Source: Reclinomonas americana ATCC 50394 (Eukaryota). Taken from it: 64,000 nucleotides of DNA. Below are positions 52,601 to 64,000 of the stretch, piece by piece (position 1 is the stretch's first letter; each line of letters begins with the position of its first letter). The stretch covers positions 334,093 to 398,092 of the forward strand of contig PS015059.1 in NCBI GenBank assembly GCA_048213135.1. Reading direction: 5' to 3'. The notes under the pieces are model-generated. The model was not told the DNA's origin. It did no database searches and saw only the letters and a program-made list of their open reading frames with translations. Made by a program: the position numbers and the translations under genes.

Positions 52601-55600
52601 GTGAAATGTGTCTTTTCGCTCTCCTTTCGTCTTGCCTCATTCTGCCTCCTTGCTATCCTGCATTGTGTTTCCGCGCCCTTACTTCGTTTCCCTTTTGTTT
52701 CCTTCTTCTCTTCCCAACTTTTGAAATCCCTTCTCCCATCTTCTCTCACTTCTCCCTCCCTTCTCCCTCCGTTCTCCCTCCGTTCTCCCTCCGTTCTCCC
52801 TCCTCTCTCCCTCCTCCCTCCCTCCTCCCTCCCTTCTCCTTCCCTTCTCCCTCCCTTCTCCCTCCCTCTCCCTTCTCTCCCTCCATCTCCCTCCCTTCTC
52901 CCTCCCTTCCCCCGTCCCTTCTCTGTCCCTTCTCCGTCCCTTCCCCCTGTTCCTTCTCCCTTCTCCTTCTCCCTTTCTTCTCCCATCTTTCTCCCTCCCT
53001 TCTTCCCTCCCTTCTTCCCTCCCTTCTTCCCTCCCCGTTCCCCTCCCCTTACCCTCCCCTCACCCTTCTCCCCCGCGGCAGTGGTGCGTGGCAATGGATG
53101 GCGTGGCCTACGTCATGGAGGAGGTCTTGCCGATGCTGCAACGCTCTCTCTTTGATCGGCTGCATGGCTTCGAGGTACGGCGCGCCACTCCCGCACCCCC
53201 TCCCGCTCCGTGCGTCTCACTTCCTTTTTTCGGCAGCCGGTGTGCGAATTCGACGCTCCCTCGCTGGAGTCTCGTCGGGAGACCATGATTGAGAACATTT
53301 CGTACCTCCGAGACAAGTTCGTCCGCAACTTTGTGGAGGTTTGGCAACTTGGTGAATGGTGCAGTTGTGCGTGAATGCGATCGCTCATTCCATCACCACA
53401 GGCATTGTGCCAAGTTTTTGATTCCTCGTCGGCGGTGGCGGTGCTCAAGGATGCCGTGCACAAGATCATGATTCGGTGCGTGAGTCGGTCGGCAGCTATT
53501 GCTTCCCATCAGAGTCATCTCACTCGTTTCTCTCGCAGCATTGTTAAGAAGCGACCCGGAGAGGCCGTGGAGTACAACGGCCCCACCAAGCAGATTACGT
53601 GTAACATCTTTGAGCAGCACAGTCTCGGTGCGTTGATCACTTCAATGGCCCAGTGTGCCCTCTCATTTTTTCATCCTTCTTCATTCACTCCTTGTCCTTC
53701 ATTCCACACTTCTCTTGCTGCTCCGTTCGCTCCACGCAGCGAGTTTCTCGGACGTCGCGACGGCGGCAGGTGCCATTGAAGACGGTATCGTACCGAATCG
53801 TCGCGCTCTGGAGTTGGTCGAGAGGATTCTCGGCCAGCGCACGCACACCACCTCGGCGCGCCTCACCCACGCACTCGGACTGGATGAAGTTATCAAAGTC
53901 GACGTTGCGTTTCTCTATCTTTGCTTGAATCGCTGCGCCTTCATGTTGACGACCTGCGCGCCTCCCAGTACCCTATCGACGGCGTGTTTGCCATGGCCTA
54001 CCCCATGGCGGCACTCGATGCCTTGCTAGCGCAGGAGCCAATGGATGCTGAGCTGCTGGCCGCCGCGATTGAAGATGTTGCGTCGCCGAGTCTGCGCACA
54101 GTCCACTCTTTGAATGCTCTCCCTCACTCCACACCGACCGACAGCACTGCCGCCAACACCCCCACGAGCGGCAGCGATTGGCGTTGAAGATTCGCCAAGT
54201 GCGCGTGGTGAATGTTCCACTGTCGCGCGACGACGCTCCCACGCGAGACGACATTGACTCGCAACTCTCCCACACCCGCATGTCCCGCAAATTGACAGAA
54301 ATCACCAAGTGCGTCTCACTTTCTCTCATGGTATTGTTCTCCACTCTTACACATCCGATTCTGTGCAGTCGCGCGGACCTGGCCTGCCAACACTCGTTCA
54401 TCACCCTGTTCTCTTCCGGCGTGCTGACACTGGTCTCATGCTTTGAGTGCACCGACTATCCGGGACCGAACGTCACCGAAATGCAAGAATTCCTCAATCT
54501 CGTGCTCACCCCGGATCGCGCGCTGCTGTCACACTTGGCGGAGTTGGTGAATTGGAGACGAGACGAGTATCGTGCTGATCTGCTCTCGGTGTCGCCGGGC
54601 ATTGCGCTGGAGGTGCGTCGGAATCCTGGTTGTTCATTTGCAGTGGGCGCAGCTTAGTGAGTGTGTTTGTCAGATGAATGGTTCCTCGTTTGAGAATCTG
54701 CTGGAGCCGGAGATGGCTGCGGAGACGTTGCGGTCGACTGCGCGAATTGATTTGCGGGCGGCGATTGATGCTTTGCGTGATGTGAGTGTGGGGGAGGGGA
54801 AGGGAGAAGGGAGGAAAGGGGAGAGGAGGGGGAGGGGGAGGGAGAGGGAGAGGGAGAGGGAGAGGGAGAGGGAGAGGGAGAGGGAGAGGGAGAGGGAGAG
54901 GGAGAGGGAGAGGGAGAGGGAGAAGGGAGAGAGAGGGCGTCTCTTGTGCTTGTGCCTCACGGCATCTTGTTGCCCAGGTGGAAGCCTCACAGGGCACTCT
55001 TGTATCATCGGCGGTGGCCAGTGTGCTCCGAAGTTACGGGCATGCACTCACACATTCATCTGCTGCATGCTCATCCTCTACTTCTCCACACGCACACAGC
55101 CATTGCGCTTGTCAACTTTCCGCTGCCTTCCATGGGCCTGCCAGACAATGAGGTGGAATTGTTGCAGAAGCAGCGACTGCAGGAGCTGATTCTGTTGCGT
55201 GAAGCGTGCTCACGGTGCACTGTCGGTCGACGGCAAGCTGACTTGCCTATCACAGCGATCCATCATTCGGTCAGGTCGATTTGAAGTTTGGCCTGTGCGC
55301 GCTCTCCAAGAGCGGCAAGCTCATTATCATGATGGTGTACGAGAGACCTGCACGACCGGGCGCCGCCACCAGCGACATCAAGAAGATGATTCAGGTGTGC
55401 TATCTGGCACAGACCTTGTCATTGCACACGCTCCTGTCACCTTAACGCTCTCTCTTCTTGTGCGCGCAGGAAATCGCCAGTCGCGAACAGGCACGCATCG
55501 CCGCCGGCGCTGCCCCACCTCCGGTGATTGACGACGGTGGGTGGCTGGTGTTGTTGCAGCAGGGTGGCGTGTTTGTGAAGCACGGCAGGCGCGGCGATCC

Positions 55601-55954
55601 GCACTTGCGCCGTGTGTGGACCGACGCGTCGCTGGACAAGCTTTTTTGGGCCAAGTTGGATGGCTCACGGAAACGCGAGTTGCCGCTGCGTAGCTTCACG
55701 TCGTTGACGCAGGGCATCAGCACCAAGATTTTCGAGCGCAGTGGCCAAGGTCTGTTTTCTGCCGGTGGTGGCGGTGAGGATCCAGACGTTTATCACTCAC
55801 ATCTTGCCTCCTCCATTCACCAGCTCACAAGGCTGGCTTGTATTTTTCGTTGGTGGGCTCCGATCGCTCGTTTGATTTGGAGGCAATCGAGCCGGCGGTC
55901 AAGGAGAAGTGGCTGGATGCGCTGTCGCGTGCGTTGAGATGCTCTCGACCATGA
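49143..55954 (+). CDS. Protein with N-terminal PH domain and C-terminal PLC-type PH domain, many exons
   Basis: IIKEGYLVKQGESVKSWKKRWFVL...GREYLMSCNSEEERAAWIGAI; C-terminal GGVFVKHGRRGDPHLRRVW...FSLVGSDRSFDLEA..KEKWLDAL. Confidence 0.85.
51192..51436 (+). repeat. Intronic minisatellite, 14-bp unit CACTTCGTCTCCCC, about 17 copies
   Basis: Unit read directly; translations repeat every 14 aa (3 units). Confidence 0.95.
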
Positions 55955-56084
55955 GAAGACGATAATCGTAAAATAAAACACCAGTCTTCGTTTTGTTGGT
56001 GGACACTGACGGTGCGGAGTAGTGTTCTTCACTCACGCACACATGTAGAGAGACACGTACAAGGCTGGGGGGGGAGGACGGAGC

Positions 56085-58293
56085 TCAGAGGAATGCGTTT
56101 TCCATCTCGTCCGACACACCAAGCAACGAGCGATCCTTGTCGGCCGTGCGACGGTAGTGCATCAGCGCGCCGATTTGCAGCACCTAAAAGGGGAAAGGGG
56201 TGAGGAGGGGAAAGGGAAGGGGGGAGGAGGGGAAAGGGGGAAGGGGGGAGGAGGGTAGAATGTGAGCGAAGGGGAGAGTGGGGAGCGGAGAAAGTAACAG
56301 AGTGGAGAAAAAGCAGGATAGAAAAAGAAAGAGAAAGAAGACGAGTAGAGGAAGGTGGTAGACATAGAAAGAGAGAATGGACGAGACTGTGGAACGGTGG
56401 GAAGGTTGGAGTGGAGAAAGTGAAGGCGACAAAGAGGATGAGAAAGTGAAACAGAGGTAAAGGAAAGGTGAGAGAATGAGAGAGAAACAAGACTGTGGAA
56501 GAGTAGGAAGTATGGAGAGGAGAAGAGACAGTGCAAAGGCCACGAATCACCGAGAAATAGAGAGGAAGGCGGAAAGACAGGTGAGAGAAGAGAGAAAGAT
56601 TGTGGAAGAGTAGAAAGCATGGAGTGGAGAGAGTGAAGGCGACAACGAGGATAGACAGTGCGAAAGGCTCTGAATCACCGAGAAGTCGAGAGGAAGGAGG
56701 AAGGAGAGGTGAGAGAATGAGAGAGAAAAACAAGACTGTGGAAGAGGGGAAAGAATACGAGAGAGTGAAGGCGACAATGAGGAAGAGACAGTGACTGAAT
56801 CAGCGAGAAGTCGAGAGCAAGGAGAAAGGAAGTGTGAGAGTGCACGGGCGAGGAAGCAACAGGAAGAAGAAGAGTAAAGGAGGAAGCAGGACGGAAAACG
56901 AAAGAAGAGAAAGAGAAGGTATCCAGACAAGTTGAGAGGAGAAGGAGGCAAGGCGAGAAACGAAGCAACAAGGAGAGAGTGAGAATCAATGAAGAAGGCG
57001 CGGAGATCACTTGCCATGACGAGTCCAGCCAGGATTTCCGCTGCGGTGACACAGAAAGAGCAGTCAGCATCATTGTACGAAAGCGCATGTGAGGCTTCGA
57101 GAGCTCACCTGCAAACACCAGTCGCACAGTGCTGCAGACATAGCCTGGAAGGAAAGAGTGAGGTGAGATACCAGTGTGCCTCGCAGAGTGGCCTATGAAT
57201 GACAAAACTGCTGAAGGCCGGGCCCGTTGACAGGTCGGGCCACATGCAACGGTTGCGCAGATCATCACCAAAGTTGCTGATACTGGCACCGAGCAGTCCG
57301 AGCGTGAGGGCGAGGCAGACGATGGACTGTGAAGCGGTGAGCAGGGGGAAGTGGCAATAATCGCAAGGGATGGCGAGGAGGCGTACCATTTGGGCGACTC
57401 TTGCGCTGCGGGTGATGATGTGCCTGCGGGCATGCAGAGAGGGACATCAGTGAATATGGGGGAAGGGGGAAGGCGGCGTGGAGAAGGGAGTGGAGAAGAA
57501 AGTGGGTGTTGGGAAAGGGAGGATACGGTGTAAAGGAAGGGCAAAGAAAGCGCGAGGAAGGGAGAGCAGAGTGTGGAAACACATCCAAGAACGAGCATCA
57601 TCAGCGACAAGTAAAGAACTGAAACGAGAAAGAAAAGCGTCTCTCACAGACCCGTCCTTTCGGCGAGAGGCCACTCATTCTTCTGACACTTCAGCAATGC
57701 ACAGCATCAGCTTCTGTTCATCCTCAACTACCTCGCCTCCATCTCTCTACCTCGCCCTCCAACAAAACAGAAATGCATGACACTACAACCTTTCAAGCTC
57801 TCGCTCCCCGGTCTGACTCGTTCCCCTTCCTTGGTTGTTTTTATGCATGAGAAGCTCTCCTTCTTTCGTCGTTCATCCTCTCCCACTCGCTCTATCAGTT
57901 GGCCCTCTGCATATGCCCTCTTTCCACGCTGAGGAAGTGAGCCTGTTGCTCTCTGACTCCGACCTCCTTCTATCGTCGCAGCCAAGCTGTTTTCCTCAGG
58001 AAGAGGGAGAGGCGATTTCATGATGAAAACCAGATTGTCTGTCATTCACCCTCTCCCACTCGCTCTATCAGTTGGCCCTCTGCATGAGCCCTCTTTCCAC
58101 GCTGAGCAAGTGAGCCTGTTGCCACCGCACTCCGACCCGCTCCTCTGTCAACGTCAAGCTGTTTGCTTCAGAGAGAGGGAGAGAACGGTTGTTCTAATGC
58201 ATGAATACAACTCCCCCGAGCCCTTCCATTCCTCCCACAGAATGCACTCCACAGTGTGCATAAGGAACCCTTGCGTCTTCCTCAGCGAGAGGC

Positions 58294-58331
<38 letters not shown>

Positions 58332-58751
58332 TCTCTCGTCAGTCATTCACATCTTCCATATCTCGCTCACTCTCTCACCCATGATCCTCTCCCTCCCTCC
58401 CTCCCTCTCCCTTTCCCTTTCCCCTTCCCCCTTTCACCCCTCCCTTTACCCATCCTCAGCACCCACCACGCCAAAAAGATAATCGACTGCGCAATGAAGC
58501 ACAGCGCGAGGTAATCCGGCACTCTGTGCTCCACCTTGTCGATCCACGTTGGATCTTCACTGCTGCGGCTGACCTCATACAACCGCACACCAACCGCAAA
58601 CGCAATGAGGAACGCCTGCACACACACAGAGAGAGAGAGAGAGTCAGGCACTTTAGTCAGAGAATCAGTGACCAACTGTGTCGCACACACACACCAGCAA
58701 GAAGGCGTCGAGTATTATGAAGGTGAACACTCGTGGTCTACACGAGCACAT
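56085..58751 (-). CDS. Small multi-pass membrane protein of unknown family
   Basis: Spliced hydrophobic segments FTFIILDAFLLAFLIAFAVGV, YLALCFIAQSIIFLAW, SIVCLALTLGLLGA and LVFAAEILAGLVMVLQIGAL; one internal junction unresolved. Confidence 0.65.
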
Positions 58752-58912
58752 GCTTGCTCCCTACTCTGCGTTTCACTTGCGCACACTCTTTTTCTCTCAC
58801 AATCCCAGAAATCAGAGTATAGCCGTTACTGCAATCTCATTTCCCGCCAACTTCGCGTTTCACTTTGTCGTCCGCGCGGCTGTGTGATGCAAGAAGAGCA
58901 CGGCAAAGTCTT

Positions 58913-61900
58913 TTATTGAGAGTGTGACAATGCCTGGCTGGCGTATCTTCCGTATCCCGGCTGTGCGCGCGCAGCGATCAGTCAGCAGAAAGTTATGTAT
59001 GCCTTTCTGTAGATCCTCTTTTATCTCTCCATCTTCCTGTCTCTCGTCTCTCAATGTTCTCCCTCACTTCGATCAGTCAGCAGATAGTTTCATACACTCT
59101 GCATTATCTCTTCTCTTCCCGTCAATTCATGCACTTTTCTTCTCTCTCCCCCTCCATCTCCCTGTCTCTAGTGTCTCTCTCTGTCATCCCACTCTCTCCT
59201 TCATTTCGATCGGTAAGCAGAGAGTAATGCATGTTCTTCTTCCGATGTTTGCTTGTCTTTGACGCTGTGCTGCCCACCGTTTCTTCTTTCCACTATCTCC
59301 CTGTCTCTTGTGTTCTCCAGATCCTGCCTCTCTCTAGCACACGTCAGTCAGTCAGCAGAGAATTGTGCATCCAATCAGCATTCTGCTCTTCATCCATCAC
59401 TGCTTCTCCTGTCTCTCGCTATGCCATCCACTCTCTCCCTCGGTATGCTCTGCATTGCTCAGTCAATGCTCCTCTTTCACAATGCCCACAGTTTCCTCTC
59501 TCTCTCTCTCTCATTCCCTCTCTCTCTCCTCCTCCCTCTCCCGTCACCACCCTTTCCCTTCGCCTCCCTTCCCCTTCACGCACCTGACCACGGCGCCTCA
59601 CGCTATCGGGCCGCACAAACAGACCCTGCTTGTCGTCGCATCTAAAATACACGCGGCCGTCCACGCGCCCATCGTTCTTGCCCATGCCGGTTTGGTCGAC
59701 CTCGACGCCCACCCACATGCCGTCGGCAAAATCGGTCGGACCCACGTAGCGCACAGTCGCGCTCAGCATGCGCGAGGTCACCAGCACACGGTCGCCGACT
59801 TGAATCGATGGCGTGTCGCCGCGCGAGGAGCTGCCCGACGAACCGTGCGAGCTGCGAGGCCCCGATCACAGTCAGGGTGGGATGATATGTACGTGGAGGA
59901 ACCGAGAGACAATGACACACCTGTGACCGGCGAATGGTGCGTGCGAGTCGTCGAGTGGTCGGCAGTGCTCAAACGGCTTGCACAGCATTTCGATTTTGCG
60001 CAGCCTGCAGACAATGAAATGAATAAAAATGCAAGGGACGACCTTTCAGCCATCGCACGCAACTCGCGCTGCCGAGCCAAGTCGTACACCGAGCCGAGCA
60101 TTCCCTCCAGCTGCGCAATGCGAGCCGCCATGGCCGCCAGAGTCTCCTGCTCGTCCATCAGCGCCTGCTCGCCCAACAGTTGTGCATCGCCGTTGACGTC
60201 GTCCTCCTCCAATTCGTCGTGTGTCATGGGCGGCCGTGGATCGGGGGCGATTGGCGACTCCACCGCTGCCGTCGTCTCGCGGTCGTGCGATGACGGATTC
60301 ACTGCTGGAGGCAAGAACTGGTGTCGGTATTCGGGAAACGCGGCGGCCATGACATGCGGCGGCACGTGCTGCTGCGCTTCAGGGCCGATGCGCTCAATCG
60401 CATTAGCCAGTCGCGCGCGCAGCGGCTGCACCGTGGCCACCAGGTCGCCGCACTCGGTCATGCTCGTCACCCATTGTGACAGGCCGCCGGCAGGACGACA
60501 CACCAGGCGAATGTACTGCGGCGGGATAATGAGAATGGGGGAGAGAGGGCGCATTCTCTTCACAGCTGCCACACCTCGGGCGATGGATCTTTCAACTTGC
60601 GGAGAAGTGTGCGAATTGCGCGCACTTTGGTCATGGAGATGGCGTCGACATGCAGATCCTCGATAGCATGCCGGAAAGCTGCAGCGTGTTTCGTGGTTAG
60701 CGAAACACAAGGACTCTGTCCACATCAGCAAAAACGCACCAGCTGCGTCCGCCAGCTCCACTCGCACACTGCGCATGCTTTGATCACGATCCAACAGTAC
60801 CATGATGGCCGCCATGACGGCGGTGCACTGCATGTGCGAGAGAACTTCAGAAGCGGCAGCGGAAATAAACAAAAGATGTATGCAGTTCGGTACCTCCACT
60901 GGCGGCGCTGGCATCAACCGAATCTCCTTCAAGTCGGCATCGCGCACATCGCGCAGTCCACGCATCCGCAGCAAGTCGATTTCCGCCTGCAGCGTCGCGC
61001 GTTGTGACTCGAATTGCGAGTACAAGCTCACCACCTCCTCCAACTCGGCTTCGAGGTCAGCCGTGGTGGGAGGCGGTGGTTGCGTGCCGTGATCGGTGCT
61101 GGCAGGTGGTGCTGCTGCTGCTGCGACTGCTGCTGCTGCTGTGGCCTCCTGCCCGACTTGATCGCTTCCGCGGTGTCGACGAGGCCGCCACGTGCGGCGA
61201 CCGGCTGCACCCACCGTGCGCAACTGCAGTTGCACCTCGTGCAAGTCGCGCTCCCGTCGCTCCGCCTCGATTTCCTTTTCCACCACCGAGTCCAGCAGCG
61301 CCACTTTTTGAACGACGGCTCGGATCCACTTGCACATTTCCGCTGCCGCCATGGAGGAGCGACATACGGCCTGTGGGGAAGAGGCGAGAAGGAGTTGAGC
61401 GCAGGTAGGGGGCGGGATGGGGAAAGGGTGCGTACCTCAGGCTCAAAATCTGGGTGATCGAGAAACATTTGCATGCGCTGCGGGAGGTCGCGGGGTAACC
61501 TGTCCAGCTGCATGTATCGCAGTTCCTCAAAGAGTTCCGCTGTGTGTGTGGGAGGGGGAAGGATAATGAGGAAAAAGGATTAAGGAGAGTCTTTGTAACA
61601 GCAATATTTTCCAGCACTTCTTCGCAAGTGATTCTAACTCTCCTGCGAACTCGTGAATGCATTCTTCCGTACCATAGTTGCCGTTCGATGTCTTCTCTGT
61701 GAATCACATGCTATGCACACTTGACAGCCCCTGTTTGCTCCTCTGATGTATGAGGTTCTGTGCGTTCTGATGCAGCTTTCTCTCACTGTCGCAAGTTGCA
61801 TGCGGCCTTCTGCTGTGGCGAAACAGTTGCCTTCTCTCCCTCTCTCTACTTGCTCTCTTACAAAGGCATTTCGCGCTTTGTGACTGTGCACTCGTTGCTT

Positions 61901-63166
61901 TCTGGCGCTGTTCCCTCACTGGAGGCTTCTGCGTGGATGTCTCTCGTGTCGCTGTTCTGCTGCCTCACGTCGCTCTCTCCTCTTCTGAATGCAGTCGTGT
62001 CTCCATTAACTCGCGGCGCAGACCAGCCTGTTCTGACGCGTTCTCCCTCACGTGACGACCCACCTGCAGAGTTCTCCAACATTGCCGGCTGTTTGTGCCC
62101 AAGCAGCACGGCCAGTGCATCAAGAACAAGCTTAACCTGCTCCAACGTCGTCAGGGACGACAGAGAAGTTACAGAGGAACGACTGCGGACGAAACCTTGG
62201 TGGGCGGCTTGCGCATGGCACGCAGCTCGTTGACCGTGGCCAGCGAGAGTCCATTCAGCGTGTCGCTCAGCGCGTGCAAGGGCGCCTCGATGGCGCGGCG
62301 AGCAGAGCGCGCAGCGAGAAGGGCCTGATAGAGAGATAGGGAGGAGGGAGAAGGGCAAGGGATGAGAAGCGGAGAAGGTGAGAAAGGGAGACAAGAGCTG
62401 CATCCGTATATCATCACAAGACAAGGTTACTCTCTGCAGTGCACACACGCCTTGTCCTGCTTCTCTCTGTGTGCATGTGAAGAAGAACGAAGAGATGCGA
62501 GGCATGCAGACGTATCTCACGACACAAGACAAAGCTTCTCTCTGCAAACGAGTGTGCATGCACATGCAGAGCCTTTTGCCCTTCGATTCTCTCTCTCTCT
62601 CAGAGTAAGATGATGCGAGGCATGCATCCATCTCGCTGCAACACAAGGCTTCTCTCTGTGAATGAGTGTGCATGCACATGCAGAGCCTTTTGCTCTTCGT
62701 CTCTCTCTCAGAGTAAGATAATGCGAGGCACGCATCCATCTCGGCAACACAAGGCTTCTCGCCGCGAATGAGTGTGAATGCACATGCAGAGCCTCTGCCC
62801 TTCGTCTCTCTCTCTCTCTCGCTCTGGTTGCAACACAAGGCTGCTCGCTGCAAATGAGTGGGTGCATGTACATGCAGTGCCCTATGCTCTTCATCTCTTT
62901 CTCTCTCTCTCTCTCTCAGAGGAAGATGATGCGAGACATGCATCCATCTCGTTGCAACACAAGGCTTCTCTCTGCGAACGACGCATGCGACTTGCTTCTC
63001 TCTTTCAAGAGCAAAGAGGAATGCACGAAGACAAAAATCACGAAAAGACGATGCCTGTGCCATGTGTGTAAGCATGCTTGTGTGTGTGTGTGTGAGAGAG
63101 AGAGAAAAAGACAAGGTGATTGCATGCAGAGGATTGATATCTCCTGGGTTTGCATGTCATGTGCCC

Positions 63167-63205
<39 letters not shown>

Positions 63206-63316
63206 NNNNNNNNNNNNNNNNNNNNGTAGTAGTAGTAGTAGTAGTACGTACGTAACGTACGTACGTAGTACGTACGTACGTCGTCTCGTCCTCTACTACT
63301 ACTCGTCTCTCGTCTC

Positions 63317-63364
<48 letters not shown>

Positions 63365-63530
63365 CGCGCATATGTGTGACAGCGTGTGCATGCGCGTGCA
63401 TCAAGACAACTACGATTTCAAAACCCACACGCATCTCTCTCTCTCACACACTCACTCACTCTCTCACACACACCTTCATATAAGCAGCCTCATAGGCCAC
63501 CAGTCGACTCTGCAACTCTGCCTCACTCAT
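58913..63530 (-). CDS. Motorless protein with two dynein stalk microtubule-binding domains and a C-terminal CAP-Gly domain
   Basis: Stalkhead motifs LSLATVNELRAMRKPPTKVKLVLDALAVLLG...HPDFEPEAVCRSSMAAAEMCKWIRAV and LRDVRDADLKEIRLMPAPP..VMAAIMVLL...VCRPAGGLSQWVTSM..VQPLR; CAP-Gly ATVRYVGPTDFADGMWVGVEVD..GKNDGRVDGRVYFRC...GLFVRP. Last exon tentative. Confidence 0.82.
62530..63000 (+). repeat. Intronic degenerate tandem repeat, about 115-bp period
   Basis: GAGTGTGCATGCACATGCAGAGCC and CATCCATCTCG..CAACACAAGGCTTCTC recur. Confidence 0.8.
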
Positions 63531-63619
63531 TACGAAAAAAAAAACGACTGCTCATTTTCGCTCGAAAATCTCACTCACTCACACAACTTCTCACTCTCAG
63601 AGAGAGAGAGAGAGAGAGA

Positions 63620-63709
63620 ATGAGGGCGGCGAGTGGCTCCTCTGGTGCTAGTGGAAGCGCCTCTGCTCCTCCAGACCCGTTCTTGGTCGATTCCTCAATG
63701 TCGTACTCG
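63620..63709 (+). CDS. Probable first exon of a gene continuing off the right edge
   Basis: ATG...MRAASGSSGASGSASAPPDPFLVDSSMSYS followed by G|GTGAGT donor at 63710. Confidence 0.5.
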
Positions 63710-63733
63710 GTGAGTGAGTGAGAGAGAGAGAGA

Positions 63734-63764
<31 letters not shown>

Positions 63765-64000
63765 TGTGAGAGAGAGAGAGGGAAAGAGCGAGAGTGAGAG
63801 AGAGTGTGAGAGAGTGAGAGGGAGATTAGGCGAGGATAGTCGTCGCCTTACACACTTAATCTCTCGCCTTATCCTTGCCTTCCTCACTCTTTCTCTCTCT
63901 CTCACTCTCTCTCTCTCTCTCACTCACTCTCACTCTCTCTCTCTCTCTCTCACTCCAGTTCCTTCCTGTGTCACTTCCTGCTTTCCTCTGATGCCTCTCT

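Noticed and set aside
59580-62330. Dynein heavy chain gene
   Set aside because: Only stalk motifs are present; there are no AAA/P-loop motifs and the locus is bounded by other genes.

Overview
Eukaryotic nuclear DNA from a gapped draft assembly (many N runs, CT/GA and GT/CA microsatellites, TACG-type junk at gap edges). The genome is gene-dense and very intron-rich, with most introns about 55-110 nt and a minority 0.7-2.4 kb. QCR9 implies aerobic mitochondria and LZTFL1/BBS17 suggests a flagellum, so this is probably a flagellate protist; I cannot name it. By manual splicing I reconstruct about 20 protein genes: TMC-like channel, SDR epimerase/reductase, cytochrome-b5 desaturase, a TmcB-like membrane/PAS/cyclase protein, BolA, FAM192A, UMP-CMP kinase, QCR9, LZTFL1, an ankyrin protein, HSBP1, ERGIC, a two-PH-domain protein, a dynein-stalk/CAP-Gly protein and several unknowns. 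The most striking signal is in the splicing code. About 33 introns start with GTT(G/A/T)CG, which is the ordinary GTGCG donor with its +3..+6 core moved one base downstream. These donors almost never follow an exonic G, while ordinary GTG(A/C)G donors almost always do. Other highlights are a motorless protein with two dynein microtubule-binding stalkheads plus CAP-Gly, a half-site (C2-type) cyclase behind FixL-like PAS domains, a 5-nt microexon, a ubiquitin-headed intronless ORF, and a dispersed intergenic element. All exon structures are manual inferences without RNA data.
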